From contig NC_043001.1 of NCBI RefSeq assembly GCF_006345805.1, forward strand, positions 123,070,001 to 123,134,000: a stretch of DNA of 64,000 nucleotides, given 5' to 3'. The translations under genes were made by a program, and so were the position numbers. The notes under the pieces were generated by a model. It did not search any database. It was given only the letters and a program-made list of their open reading frames with translations, and was not told where the DNA came from. Shown here one piece after another: positions 25,930 through 39,973 of the stretch (its first letter is position 1; every line of letters begins with the position of its first letter). The DNA comes from Octopus sinensis. Taxonomy: Eukaryota.

Positions 25930-27101
25930 GTGCGGACGGTATTTGAGGACAAATTTATGTTGTTTTTTTAAAAAAAAGCTTATATAATAACAGAAAAACT
26001 GTATTTTTTAGCAAAAAACATAAACATAAAACTAAATAATCCTTTTAATCATTTCATTCAATAAAACCACCACAAGCATGAATAACTGCCTCTGCGCAGT
26101 GTCGAAGCCGTTTACAAGTTCGGAATAAGTGGTCCTGGTCCATATCGGACTTGACATTTTTCTCAACGATGCTTCATATTGAAATCTGGAGAATTAGGAG
26201 GCCAAATGTTGGGGTTGATGTGATCATGCAAATTGTTGGTCGTCCGTTCTTGTGTTATTCGAGCCTAGTGTGATGGTGCAGAAACGTGTTGAAAGACATA
26301 AGGTCTTCCATTGCATAAATTGTTGATCCAAGGCTCAACAACTTTATCCAGAATCTCAATAAACGCAGCAGTGTTCATCCTAAGGCCTTGTGGAAAAAAT
26401 TGAGGGGACAGCACATAGCTTTCATTGCTAACAACATCCCAAACCGTTACACTTGCAGGAAATTTTACACTTTCAGGAACCTCAGAAGGATCTGCACATA
26501 GCCATATGTCATTTCTTCTGTTAGTTTTCTGGTCTTAACCCTAACCCTAACCCTAAATCTCTTCATCATCTGATGGATTTTAAAGTTTGTTTAAAAACCT
26601 TTTGGATCTGATTAAACGGTTTTCTTTTGTTTATCTGACATGAATTAACCTCTCCTCATTGCGTAAGATTTGTATCTGATGTCTTCATGCACAACATTTC
26701 TGATTATTTTTGTCCGACACACGAAATATTTTGCAGCTGACCTCATTGATTTTCTTGGATTGTCTTCAATGTTTTGCTTAACTTCCTGAATAAATTCAGG
26801 TGCCCTGATAGAATCAGAGCGTTTGGAATGCTTTGTACATTTTGATACAGGTAATACGCTTACATCTTTCTTTAACTCAAACCGAATCTTGTGTACAAAA
26901 GATCTTGCAACTTTCAGAAAATGGGAAGTTTCTAAATCACCATGCTTAGCCTTCAGAGTCACAATCACAGTATGCCTTTTCCTTTCATTAGTAAGCATAA
27001 GGCATGTCATTGTTATTTTCTGAAATAGAAGTTCAATAAAAGCCAGTGAAATAAAATAATGACTAAAAATACATGTGTCCTCAAACACCTTCCCCACCCT
27101 G
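25929..27101 (-). mobile_element. Degenerate Tc1/mariner transposon, probably maT (DD37D)
   Basis: Diverged TIRs (CAGGGTGGGGAAGGTGTTTGAGGACA / AAGTGCGGACGGTATTTGAGGACA). Transposase remnants: KRHTVIVTLK, NPRKSMRSAAK, IRNVVHEDIRYKSY, DQKTNRRND, RPYVFQHVSAPSH, IWPPNSPD. Confidence 0.82.
26536..26556 (-). repeat. Short interstitial telomeric tract (TTAGGG)3+ inside the transposase
   Basis: TAACCCTAACCCTAACCCTAA on the plus strand. Confidence 0.8.
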
Positions 27102-27102
27102 T

Positions 27103-27137
<35 letters not shown>

Positions 27138-27539
27138 CATATATGTATGTATGTATGAATGTATGTATGTATGTATATATATGTAAAGTATTATTACTGT
27201 TAAAAACAGTAATAATGAAGTGGCTAGCGAGACTTCTACCTAAACAGGTATAATATGAAATTTTAGAAATAGATGTTAAATGCTATCTCCAAGTCAGGAT
27301 TGCAAAGCATGTTTTCTCATGCACAGCATGAAATCAATTGATATTGGGGTATGTAGTAAAATACCTTCAAATTCCATCCTGAAGGTAGGTCTACTGATAT
27401 TCATTATATTGCTCGTGTGTGTATTTATCGTAGAACTGGTGGTTTTTTGAAGCTTTCGCTTTCCTTTTTAGCAAGCGGTATCTTTACCCTTCTTTTCTTC
27501 AAATATTTCATATTATATGTATATGTGTATATTTATGTG

Positions 27540-27760
27540 TGTGTGTCTTTGTGTCTGTGTTTGTCCCTCAACCATCGCTTGACAACCGATGTTAGTGTGT
27601 TTACGTACCCGTAACTTAGTAGTTCGGCAAAAGAGGCCGATAAAATAGGTACAAAGCTTACAAAGAATTAGTCCCGAGGTCGATTTCTTCGACTAAAAAA
27701 CCCTTTAAGGCGGTGCTCCAGCATGGCTGCAGTCAAATGACTGAAACAAGTAAAAGAAAA
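27540..27760 (+). mobile_element. SINE family A, 3' half
   Basis: TTTGTCCC...GACAACCGATG...TTCGGCAAAAGAG...GGCGGTGCTCCAGCATGG...GACTGAAACAAGTAAAAGA. Confidence 0.8.
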
Positions 27761-28340
27761 GACCAACAATTTTATGGAGAGTAAGTTGATAACAACTGGT
27801 ATTCATATTATTTACCCCAAAAAGGTGAAAGGTGAAGTCGATCTCGGTTATATTTGAATCCAGGACGTAAAGGGCCGGAAGATATGTCGCTATGCATTTT
27901 GTCGGATTCGATAACGTGTCTCTCATCTCACCTCCTACCAGCTCGCCTATATATATAACCTTTTCATTTTGATTTATATATTAACAATCCTAATGTTTAA
28001 AACATTAAAGTATTATGACCTTTTATTCAAATATCAGTAAATCATTGCATTACTTTTTGTATATTTTAAACTATGGCTTTTCAAAATTTTCAAAATTTCA
28101 ACTAATATTCTGTCTTTTCTATAACTAATATGTTCTCAATTGTCTTTCGACAAAATTGTCTTACTGTGAATATATCTTTCGAACACTTTGTCTTCTCGCA
28201 AAAAAGCAGTCGCTTAATGTGTCTTGATGAATGTTGTCTCACTCTTTCTCTCTCTATACACACAAACACATATATATACACACACACATATATGTATGCA
28301 TTGCATTGTATTGTGTGTGTGTGTTTGCGTGTACGTGTTT

Positions 28341-28377
<37 letters not shown>

Positions 28378-28642
28378 GTGTGTGTGTGTTTGTGTACAGA
28401 ATGAGAATGTGCAAGTTCGTTGGAACAAGAACATTTACAAGCAAAATAAATTACAAAATACTTCAGGAAAGTCTACTTTTATAACACTGGTCTCAAGGCT
28501 TTTGGTGTTTAGGAAATAGACATCATTCCTAAACAAAATCGTTCTCCTGAAACCAAATATAACATTCTTTTTAACCTATCAGATCTAGTTTTTAAGTTAT
28601 TGAATATCCCTATAGTCACTATGTATGTGTGTACGTCCAGTA

Positions 28643-29089
28643 CGTAGTCATCTTGATTGTTTAACTGAAAATCTGGATGTTAGCGATGAACAAGGCGAAC
28701 GATTCCATCAGGACATCAAGGAGACGGAAAGTCGGTAGCAAGGATATTGGGACGCTGTGATGATGGTTGACTATTGCTGGTGTTTAAAACGAGATACTCA
28801 TGTTGCTCAACAGTCACAGTGCACAAAGAAGCGCAAGTTTATTCCTTGAATTTTCAGCCAAAAATCTTAACTATTACTCTTTTACTTGTTTCAGTCAGTT
28901 GACTGCGGCCATGCTGGAGCACCACCTCTAGTCGAGCAACTCGACCCCGGGACTTATTCTTTGTAAGCCCAGTACTTATTCTATCGGTCTCTTTTGCCGA
29001 ACCGCCAAGTGATGGGGACACAAACACACCAGCATCGGTTGTCAAGCAATGCTAGGGGGACAAACACAGACACACAAACATACACGCAT

Positions 29090-29128
<39 letters not shown>

Positions 29129-29528
29129 CATATATACGACGGGCTTCTTTCAGTTTCCGTCTACCAAATCCACTCACAAGGCTTTGGTCGGCCCGAGGCT
29201 ATAGTAGAAGACACTTGCCCAAGGTGCCACGCAATGGGACTGAACCCGGAACCATGTGGTTTGTAAGCAAGCTACTTACCACACAGCCACTCCTGCGCCT
29301 ATTGTGCATTTTCAATTTTGCATTTTTATTTGTACTTGTGTTACGCTCTTTTTATTGATTCTTACTATATACCTCTTGTATGAAATACTAACTCTGTCAG
29401 GTTTAGTCAGAAAACTAGACCGAATAGAGAAAAACTGAAGTTATTTTTGAATTTAGTAAGCAAAATCACTTAAGGATTCATTGAAATATTCCAGGCACCA
29501 GACAGAAAATTTTTTTTGTTGCCCAGTG
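28643..29528 (+). mobile_element. Chapaev3-type (CMC) DNA transposon 3' remnant, interrupted by a SINE
   Basis: SHLDCLTENLDVSDEQGERFHQDIKETESR*QGYWDAVMMVDYCWCLKRD matches the recalled Chapaev3 transposase C-terminus. 3' TIR TTTTGTTGCCCAGTG followed by TAA. Confidence 0.75.
28874..29300 (-). mobile_element. SINE family A, full-length young copy
   Basis: Complete head AGGCGCAGGAGTGGCTGTGTGGTAAG, B-box GGGTTCAGTCCC, CORE-like GGCACCTTGGGCAAGTGTCTT and (AAAAGAGT)-type tail. Confidence 0.9.
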
Positions 29529-29769
29529 TAATCTTTCGTACACTTTCGTACATTCATAATACTCCATGTAAGTTTCTATGGCCCTCTTGTGGTGTATGCC
29601 TGCGTTATCTTGAGGGTTAAAGACATCGTGAAGTATTGTACTTTAAGAAGAAAGACGTGAGCAGAAAAAAAAGGCCTGTTGTTTTTTGATAGGGATTTTC
29701 CCCACCACACAGATACGAGCACGCGCACGCACATACACATACGCACATATGAGCACGTGTGCGCACTCC

Positions 29770-29804
<35 letters not shown>

Positions 29805-32800
29805 TATATAATCGACCGAGAAAAGATTTTGACTATACCAGAAATATGGATATGAATGGTCTGTCTTCATTACATCCGTCTCCAATCACGTCTGTCTCCA
29901 GTCACGTCCGTTTCCTATCACGTCTGTCAACAATCACACCCATCTCCAGTTATGTCTGTTCCTAATAAGAAGTTCAGTACAATTGTCTCGGAATTGATAA
30001 AAGAATGTTTCAAATGTTTGTAGCCATATAAGGAATACTTCGGCAAACTTCAAAATGTATGGAAATCAGAGTTGTTTACATTCAATAAGGCTCCATTCCA
30101 TAAAGATTTTGCAGATACAGTGCTAGTACTAATGGTTGAAATAGTAGACACTTGAAGACATCTGCAACTTTGACATCAATACCAGAAGATATTAACCACT
30201 ACCGGTAACTTCCATACCAACAGTGACACTGACAGGATCTATGTTTGGCGGAGAGATGGAGGCCGAGATAAAGATTATTCTTAATAGCTTTAAAGTGCTA
30301 CCTCATATCACCCATGCAACACCTATTGAATAAAAATGGAGAAATTAGAACGTCATATGTGAACTCAACAGTGAAAATCCTAAGAATAAGCGATGAATTA
30401 CGGAATAGGGAACTCAGGGAGAGCTGGACTTATCTACTATGAACATGGGGAAAACACTCATTATATCTAATAAAAATTATTCGCGCGTAACTATCCTGCT
30501 ATCTAGAGTATATCTACAGCATTAACAGAGAGAATAATCTCTGCTGAACCTGTGATATATTGATCACATCTAACCAAGTATAATACGCCTTCGTTATCCA
30601 GGAACATAAGAGAATTACTGATAAATAAAAGTGATAAAGATGCCTCCAAATGTCTAAATTATATTAGAAAATGTCAGCTGCTAAAGATATTAATCACGTC
30701 ATCAGCAGCTGGTTAAAATGTTCGTAACGTACTATCTTTCCATCAGTCACGACTATTTAGAATTCTATTTACAGGAAGATTGTCTTCATGGTCATATCCA
30801 AGTCATACCAATTAAAATGTACCCATTATTTTCAAAATAATGAATACTGGTAGGACATTCTAATTAAAGCTGCATTATGGTGCAAACACTATAGATCCGC
30901 TATTGTTTTATGTTGCAGAAATCAACAGTCCGGCAGATGCAAATGTCATATTCAAAGCTATGGAAAAAGAAAATTACATGTGGCAAACTAATAAGGAACA
31001 TACAGCTCTTGTATCCTGGTTATAAATTCATCTTTGTTTCTATTATTATCCATGTACTGAGTTATGTAACAGTAGATTTGCATAAAAGCCTGGAATTATT
31101 CAGTTTTCCAAGAAAGAACAAAGAAAAGAATTGACTTGTATCCTCCAAATCCAATTGATTAGTGACACAGTGAAGATTTGTAAAACATTTCTAAGATTTT
31201 CCTTTTGAGTTTCCTAAGATGAACATATGCACACAAACACATATGTGTACATGGCACACATATACATATATGAAAAGTAATCACAGAGATTCTAATCCTA
31301 AAGAGACAGCATATCCAAACATATCCGCATACACGTATATAAGAGCAAAAATATCTACACATACATTCGCGTATATCCACAAATCACTGATTTCACCAAA
31401 ATTACCCTATTAGTTTGTTAGTGACTGGCCTGGATTCTGAGAAGAACTTACATAAATCTCAAAGAAAAACGCACACACACACACTCATAAACACATTAAC
31501 ACACACATATACATGCATACTTACACACACGAAAAATACATAACATATTTACGCATGTTTATAAGTAAACGTGCGCGTGTCAGTATATATTTGGCATGTA
31601 TTCAAGTATATCTGTGCATGCGTGTGCATGTATATGTATATGTACACAACCACCATATATATATGTATATATATGTATGTTTATATGTATATGTATATTA
31701 TGTATATATGTATATATATATATAATATGTATATATTATATATTATATATATATATATATATATAATATATGTGTGTGTGTGTGTGTTGGTGTGTGTGTG
31801 TGTGTGTGGTGTGTGTGTGTGGTGTGTGTGTTGTGTGGTGTGTGTGGTGTGTGTATGTATGTAGGAAGAATATGATTATGCCAGGAAGAATCTCAGCTTT
31901 ACTTTGTCGTACAGGCAGATCAATATTTGCTGCTTATACTTATTCGTTTCCTTGTTGCTCAGATTTATTTGTTTCTTCGATTCGCATATCTTCTGGCTTC
32001 TGTGCATGCCAGCCATTCCTAACGTTTGTACATATCTATAATTTTTCTGGAAGAGATGGATTGGCGGAATCGTTAGAACATCGGAGAAAATGCTTTATGG
32101 TGTTTGTTCTTGCTCTTTACCTCCTGATTGGTAGCGATGGTGATGGTGGTGATTGGTGGTAATCTTGGTTGATGGTGATGGTGTAAGAGTGGGTCGCAAA
32201 ATGGACGTTGTACTGCCGACGAGTTATTCTGTTGTAGCACAGTAACCTTAAAGCTAAGCTAATTCTTTCTCTGAATCACAAGAATCTGTTGCATTCGTGC
32301 TAATCAGACTTTCCATAGCGTTAGACAGAACCGAGGCGAGATATATCCTGGCTATGACGCAGGCCTATCGCAATTAGCTTTTTTCTAGAGGATGAGCTGA
32401 AGAAGACAATGAAAGTCAATGAATATCCTATAGTTTCCATTGCATCATCTCTGTTTAAAACTGAGCCATACCACCTACAATACCTAGAGAGGAAGAGAGA
32501 GGGAGAGAGAGAGAGGATCTAAAGAAAGAGCCTCTCCATGGTCGATCGTCATTCTAGAAATAGCAGCCAAAGTTTTCTACACATTACTAACGTCTTAAAC
32601 AAACAAGGACACATTAGATAAGGTAGTCCTACATATGAATAAACAATAGCTATAAAAACAGTAAAGTTTACTACTTGCATTATCTACTTAGAATAGATGG
32701 ACTTGATCGTTGAAATATGAAACCTAAATATCCAGGCTACGTATAAACAGAACACATCGTCAATAGCAGGAAATGAGCCAATGACTTTTCACTTGATTAT

Positions 32801-33094
32801 CAATAAAATTGAACCCTTCCCCCTTACAATATTAAAAAAATATCTAGGGACCTTGAAAGCAACACTGCAAGTTAACGGAACCCTTCAGTACAAATAACTT
32901 TAATTCAATACAGTTTATCTAAAAAAAAAAAAAATTACCTTGTAGGTTTTTACGCAGCTAATAACGTCTGGAGTCTCTGTAGAGTCTCTCGCAAAATACA
33001 AGCAAGACCAAACAGATTCATTTGAACTTCTCACTATATTCTTTTGTTTGAGAAGCAACTCCATGGTAACTTTTACCAATTGACCAACAAAATG

Positions 33095-33468
33095 GTCCTG
33101 GGAAACTGCCTTCCGATCAACTGCTTTCCCTCATAACTACCTCATCACGAGCAATTTTCCTCCATTAGGGGAAATATTAAAAAGCGTAACAATACACTCA
33201 AATAAATACAAATCAAAGTTTTATTTTTAAGTCTGATCTGTTATCTCATAAGAATAATTAGTAAATTATAAGCTTTATTTTCTTAAATCACTATAATTAT
33301 ACCAGTAAAATTGTAGGTTGTGGGATATACACAAATATTATAATTAATAATCACAGTAATTAATAATTGCATTATTAATTATTACAATTATGATTTAATT
33401 GTTCAGGGCTAATTTTCAGGGGCCAGTTATCTGGAGAAAGTCGTTCGGAAAACAGCTGTCCTGAAATT
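33095..33468. mobile_element. Possible old MITE with diverged ~50-bp inverted termini
   Basis: Left GGAAACTGCCTTCCGATCAACTGCTTTCCCTCATAACT resembles the reverse complement of right AGTTATCTGGAGAAAGTCGTTCGGAAAACAGCTGTCC. Confidence 0.35.
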
Positions 33469-34119
33469 TAACATGAAAGCATGAAGACGGCTACAGTTTT
33501 ATGTGTGCTGTTTGCGTATCACATCCGAAGTTACCAGCCACCTGGGAGGATAAACTATGGAAATCCTTCTAAAAACCATGGTTAAGACTCCCACTAATGG
33601 GACACCGATGCCACAAATACTGATAAACGTAGGACGCTGATGATGGAATAGTATATGACACTAGTTAAAGGTACAGCACTAGGCAGAGGAGGAAATTGGC
33701 AAAGAGGAGAAAGAAAAACGGAGAAAGCGATATGGAGGGTGAGAGAGAGAGTAGGAGAGAAAGGTAGATATCCGCAAGGGATTTCTTTTCTGATAGAGAC
33801 TGTTTCTACTTTTAAGATCCTCTCTACGTTTTCGATTTAGACAATGCAACCCCACTTAGTCATATTACTTTCGATGTAATCGCCCGTTTTTGGTGTTACT
33901 TTGATTAACAACAGATTTTAACAATAAAAATTCTTCTTGCAATCACTCTGTACAAAGCTTAGGCATTTCATTTGCCTCCTACAATTTTCTGTTTCAAATT
34001 TGTAGATCACTAACTCATACTTATCTCCATATGAGTTTTAGCAATATTCATTCTGCTCTCCTGGAAGTATGATACTTTCCCCCATTTTTTCCCTTTTTAT
34101 TCATAGCATGCTCAATGTC

Positions 34120-34480
34120 TTCTTCTTAACCCTTTGACACCATGTGAAGTACAGGGCGACAGCAAGGGATCCCCATCTATTTCAATGTTTGATAATGGAT
34201 TGCAGTTGACCCCAAGTTTAGCCACTTACGGGTGCTTTAGTTTCTGTAGACCTTTTCCATATTATTTAACGTCAACTGAGGTTCTACCTCTCTTGGGGTG
34301 TCTAAAGCAGGGCTTCCTTGTAATGTTGGAGACAGGTTCCTGAAGGATGTGTCCCAGCCAAACCCATTTCCTCTTCTTGACCCAGGTTTCAGCAGGTTAC
34401 TTGTTAGCCTTTTCCCACTTGGCTTTGAGTCATCTGTTCAAAAACATATGGAGCTTGCCGACGGATAACCTTGTGACTCG
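34120..34480 (-). mobile_element. Old RTE-clade LINE 3' fragment
   Basis: Minus strand VKKRKWVWLGHIL..PVSNITRK...KRGR...WKRSTE...TWGQLQ...NRWGSLAVAL. Confidence 0.7.
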
Positions 34481-35284
34481 CCATGTTTCCCATGTGTGTA
34501 CTTGGTTGTTATTCGTGCTCCTTTACTCATGAATAATGTTAATCAATTTGTACCATGTCCCGTGAAGTTTTTCTTTTCTTATAACCTATCAGTTAAAGCT
34601 TTGCTGAACAGTAACAAATTAGATATCTTTCAGTCATTTCTATTTTAATTTTCTGTGACTTACTCCCTGGCGAGTGACGTCATTCCAAGCTTTTTCCAAC
34701 GCTGTTTTTGTCTTTAGTATCATTCGTCCCTGACAATCAATACATTATCCATACTCTTTCCCAAGGGCTTTCTACTTTTCCTGGTGCTAAATTGATTACC
34801 GTGCTGCATCTTTTCTTCATTTTTTAAAATCTCATTCTTTGTAAAAATCGTTTTCTGTTAGAAAGGAACTGGTTCTTTAGTTAAAAAAAAATATTGCCGC
34901 TGTTCATAATGGCGGATTATTATTTTATTTTAGCATGTATTTCTGTAGCATTCGTCTACTTTACTTTTCTCTTCTCTTCTTTTTTTCGTTCATTTCATTT
35001 ACATACTTTTGTTGTAGATCTCATTAAGGATCGAAAGAATTTTTCCTTTTCTTTTCCGCCCTTCTCTGTAAATTGCTTTCTTACATTGTTTGTTTGAGGT
35101 TTGGTTATTGTTATCTGAGACGTTCTGGGGCTAGTTGCTCGTTCTGATGCTCATAGCTGTTCTCAATATATCGTTTATGAACCAGTTTGTGTTTTATATT
35201 GTTGCTGTCTTATCTAAACATTTTTATCTTTGGGAGTGTCTTTCCTTGTTCCAAACGACGATACATTGATTTTAATTTCGTGGT

Positions 35285-35373
<89 letters not shown>
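35285..35373 (+). repeat. (TAC)n microsatellite
   Basis: Direct observation. Confidence 0.95.
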
Positions 35374-35375
<2 letters not shown>

Positions 35376-36089
35376 GGCTGGTACTTTATTTTATTTACTC
35401 CTGAAGTATGAAAGGAAAGCTGAACTTCCTTGGACTTCGACTAGACTGTAGCAGTTTTAATTTCCAGCTGAGATGACTGTGAAATAAAGTGCTTTGCACC
35501 GGGAAGCTCGATCCGCTCGATCCGCTCGATCCGAGAATCGAAGCCACGTTTTAAATGATCATGAGCCCTAACAACTAGGCCATGCACCTTCACTAGTTGC
35601 TCCTGATGAATCCTGATCTGGTAGACCCATGATTAAAGCTGTTCATGGCCACCCCGTCTTTTTGTAAATCGCGACCTACTTTGGGATACCTGTCCAATGT
35701 ACCCTTTACTTTTGAAGACGAAAGTGCGTGACTCGAGAGAAAATTGGCTGCTATTCTTAGCAGATCGAATGACTTCGTGGAGACCACTTCTATTGGCTTG
35801 TAGTGTCGTTGTTACTTGTAGTGTCGTTGTAGTGTCGTTGTAGTGTCGTTGTAGTGTCGTTGTTACTGTTATTGTCCAGTGACTGGTGAGCCTTGATTGG
35901 GCATATTAGGATCAAAACCATTCAAGTCATGATCACACAACTTTTTTTGTAAGACTGTATATCTAAGTCCACACAATCCTATGTGTTCTTCAATTTCTTT
36001 TTACATGGTGGAATTTGATATGAAAGAAGTTTTCTACTTTTAGAAGTCAAGCTACTAGTGCTAGAATTAGACACGAGCTGAACCAGCTA

Positions 36090-36690
36090 CAATATTTTTT
36101 ATTTGCTGAGTGTAGAAGAAGGGGCAATGACCATGACCTTTGTAGACTCACTGAGGCCGATGAACTTGATGCAGTTAATATTAGTATCAAGTTTTGGCAG
36201 AAGGCCAGCAATTTCGAGGGAAGGAGTAAGTCGATTACATCGACTCCCTGTGCTTAAGTGGGTACTTATTTCATCGACTCCGAAAGGATGAAAAGAAAAG
36301 TTGACCACAGTGGAATTCGAACTCAGAACGTAAAAACAGATGAAATGCAGTAAAGCATATTGCCCGGCGTGCTAACGATCCTGCCAGCACGCCGCCTATG
36401 ATGCAGTTAACGTCCCAGTTAAATTGTTGCAGGTCAGTACATGCAGGAAAAACACCTGTAGGAAAGACACGAGCAGGGAGAAGACATCAGAGGGCCAACA
36501 ACTCAGGTAGGAGGGAGCAGGAATAGCGGCCAGTGTGGAGCTGGGGCATGGATTTGGAATCAAGGGAATGGGCGATTTTTGAACAAGGGCGATGGGAGGT
36601 GGAGCGATGAGTGGATTGAGGTGCTTGAGTGGAAAATGTACCAGGGCAACTAGCTTCGAGAAACAGAGCGACCATTATAGCAGCGATAAA
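36090..36690 (-). mobile_element. Old CR1/L2/Jockey-group LINE 3' end containing a SINE insertion
   Basis: Degenerate YRCYNG...PQLHTGRYSCSLLP...LPARVFP...DLQQFN pattern; boundaries approximate. Confidence 0.5.
36179..36397 (-). mobile_element. SINE family B, full length with 12-bp TSD
   Basis: TSD TGATGCAGTTAA at 36167-36178 and 36399-36410. Confidence 0.88.
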
Positions 36691-36818
36691 AGAGAGAGAG
36701 AAAGAGATGCACGCCTGTGTGATTTATCGCATCTTTAAGTGACTTTATTCTAATCAATCGAGTAGTCCTTCTCTGGATGTCAGTGCGTGTAGCAGCAGTA
36801 TCAGCACCATCGTCGTCG

Positions 36819-36859
<41 letters not shown>

Positions 36860-37680
36860 GTCGTCGTTTCAGATATTGGAGTAGTACTCTATTGTGGGTT
36901 TTATTTGAGCTTTGTAGAGTGTCGGTAACTTGGGGACTGAAATATTTTTGTGACACTCAAAAAAAAGGGCCAGTCTTTAGCATGCAGTCCTAGTTATATT
37001 AATAATGTTCTTTTACTAGGGGAGATCCTCGGTATTTAGGGTTTAATAGTCTGAAGAGAATCCAAAGCCATATATGGTTTCAATGATTGTGAGACTTTCT
37101 GGTGTAATTTCTTTTCAAACAAATGGCCTCCAATCTTTATATATTTTTGGGTCTTATAAAGAATAAACTCAACACTGCGAACAACACGTAGAGAACAGAG
37201 CTGTGTGGCGTAGTGTAGTAGAGTTGTGTAACCGAGTGTCGCGTGGCACAGAATGATTTTGTAAATGTTTCGTTATGATGTTAAGTTAAGTTCCTGTGCT
37301 TTTAAAATTTTTCTAATGGTTGAAGAGAATGTAACCATGATAATAAATTCTCAAAGAACTGGGGAAATCAATGCGGGTTGATAGCCTTGAGCTATCACCC
37401 CGCATTGTCGCGACTGGAAGAAAAAAAGACAAACAAGACATGGATTGAGAACAAATAGAAGGACGACATGCAAAGGAGGAAAAAAAATTGATGTTGAGCA
37501 GATTAACAGTGGGGAGAGATAGATGGGATAGAAGTTAACAGTTTGGTTTTGAGAAATATTTGTATTCACTTGGTGCTTTTAATGGTCATTATTGTCATCG
37601 CAGCCTCTCATTTTCGTTTTATAAGATTTTGTCCAAGTCAACAAAACATTGGCCACGTACATCGGTTTTCCTCCTAAGTG

Positions 37681-38126
37681 AACTGTACTTCCGTGAGGAC
37701 CTATTAAACTGTACATCCGAGAGGACCTATTAAACTGTACTTCCGAGAGGACCTATTAAACTGTATTTCCGAGAGGACCTATTAAACTGTACTTCCGAGA
37801 GGACCTATTAAACTGTACTTCCGAGAGGACCTATTAAACTGTACTTCCGAGAGGACCTATTAAACTGTACTTCCGAGAGGACCTATTAAACTGTACTTCC
37901 GAGAGGACCTATTAAATTGTACTTCCGAGAGGATCTATTAAACTGTACTTCCGAGAGGACCTATTAAACTGTACTTCCGAGAGGACCTATTAAACTGTAC
38001 TTCTGAGAGGACCTATTAAACTGTACTTCCGAGAGTACTTATTAAACTGTACTTCCGAGAGGACCTATTAAATTGTACTTCCGAGAGGACCTATTAAACT
38101 GTACTTCCGCGAGGACATATTAAACT
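37681..38126 (+). repeat. Minisatellite, 17 copies of a 26-bp unit AACTGTACTTCCGAGAGGACCTATTA
   Basis: Head-to-tail units with 0-2 substitutions each and no spacers. Confidence 0.97.
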
Positions 38127-38159
38127 TGAAAGAAAGACACGAAGTTCTAATATGGGATA

Positions 38160-38503
38160 AAAAGGGTAAAGGGTAAAGGGTAAAGACTCCATTCGGTCAT
38201 GAATGACCATGAGATTACACCTAGAAAGTTACCCTCCTAGGCACAAGCCGGCCAGGGTTGTTTATGGAAGATCAGCAGTCGCCCATGCAAACCAGTCTCC
38301 ACTCTCCACACCACTAATGTTATCTAAGGGAAAGGCAAAGGCACCAGTGACGTCGCAACTTATTTCCACAGCTGAATGAACTGGAGCAATGTGAAATAAA
38401 GTGTCTTGCTCAAGAACGCAACACACAATCCGGTTCGGGAAGCGAACTTACTACCTCATGATTGTGAACCCGACGTTCTAACCACTGAACCATGCGTCTA
38501 CAC
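38160..38503 (-). mobile_element. tRNA-derived SINE, family C, with (CTTTACC)n tail
   Basis: Minus-strand head GCATGGTTCAGTGGTTAG...AAGTTCGCTTCCC, CORE-like TTCTTGAGCAAGACACTTT and tandem AAAGGGT tail. A related fragment lies at ~35480-35592. Confidence 0.75.
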
Positions 38504-38504
38504 T

Positions 38505-38875
38505 ACATGGGGAACAAAATCATAAAGCATGGCCTAGACGCTGCAGGTTTCACTTCCCAGCTCGAGCCAGCGGGACTAGACCGTGGGGACGGTAAAAGAC
38601 ACGACGGTGTGACAACGGCAACTTGGTGTATACATCTACCATCCCTGTATCGGCTTCTCATCAGCCTGAGAAAAGTAAACCGTCAAGGTATCAGTCACTT
38701 GGAGACTTCCAGCGTACTCGCCCCACAGGCCGTATCCCTGATGACCACTATTTGGGTGGAGATGGCTATCCGAAAGTTCGAGCACCGTGAGTCAGAGTGG
38801 TTGTTTCAGCGCATCTCCTGCACCACTCTCCGGAGAAATACCTTTTCCATTTTGTCTGATAGGCCCATAACGTAG
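38505..38875 (+). mobile_element. CRE-clade non-LTR retrotransposon remnant (RLE endonuclease region)
   Basis: LEPAGLDRGDGKRHDGVT (cf. EPxGL.R.DGKRPDG) and RESEWLFQRISCTTLRRNTFSI (cf. LFQRISxAxxRGN); internally deleted. Confidence 0.7.
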
Positions 38876-39252
38876 TCTGAGTTACAGGAAATTGTACGTT
38901 CCACTACTTAATGTAAAGTTACTCCATATAAATTACGCTGTTAAATTACCAAAAATACACACCTAATTACCTTAATTAAGAACACATTAAATAATTAAGT
39001 TTTGGTTCCTAGGCTACCATTGTTAGATATATCACTTGACGGTACCGTACAGAAAAAACAAAACAAAACAAAACAAAGCAGATAATTTAGCAGAATCTGA
39101 GAAAATAATTTCTATTAAAATTCGCAGTAGTTCGATCTCCCTTTGATAATATACGTATTCATTTAATAGAATCAGCTGTAATACCAGATCTGACATCTTA
39201 AAGCACTCCCACGCAAAATTCCTTTTACTCAGACTAACCAGATAACATCGGT

Positions 39253-39299
<47 letters not shown>

Positions 39300-39932
39300 A
39301 ACAGAATAAACGTAAAGCTTCTATGTGTCACTACATTTACAAGAAACAGAGCCATAAAATCTCTTTCAAGTAACAAACACACACACGCACGCAAAGCACA
39401 CACACACACACACACAGGCACGCACACGCATACACATACATTGTATAATGCAGTCTTACATACTATGTATGGAATGGTCAAGGCTGGAATGCCTTTGACC
39501 ATAGATCTGTTCGACCAGAGGCTGACTTGTGACTAAACAACTCCAGCACTAATCCTCCTCCTCCCCTTAACCACCTCCACCACCACCACCACCAGCACCA
39601 ACGCCGCCGCCACTGCTGCTGCTGCTGCTGCTGCTGCTACAACAACAAAGTCAAATTGCTCTCAAGTATCGCAGACATGTGAAAACTTATAAAGTCTCAT
39701 TTTCTCTGTTGTCTAACTTTGAAGATTTTCAGAAGCAACACTTGATTTTTATTTTTAGATCCGCCAGAGATGGCGTGTACAATAAGGAAGACCTTTGACC
39801 TGTCTATTTTGCATGGCTTTTTCACCGTTTCTTTTTTTGTGAAGCCAAAACACAGTAAAACAGTCTACATTTCCATAGATAATATTACCTCTTAAACGCG
39901 TGTGCGCGCACACACTCACACACACACAAACA

Positions 39933-39973
<41 letters not shown>

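Noticed and set aside
29960-30900. Complex unique sequence resembling a decayed ORF (similar at 43430-43930 and 45880-46200)
   Set aside because: Stops are frequent in the frames I read and no family motif was recognised; needs tBLASTx.
37681-38126. CRISPR-like regular repeats
   Set aside because: No unique spacers, eukaryotic context and no cas genes; it is a minisatellite.
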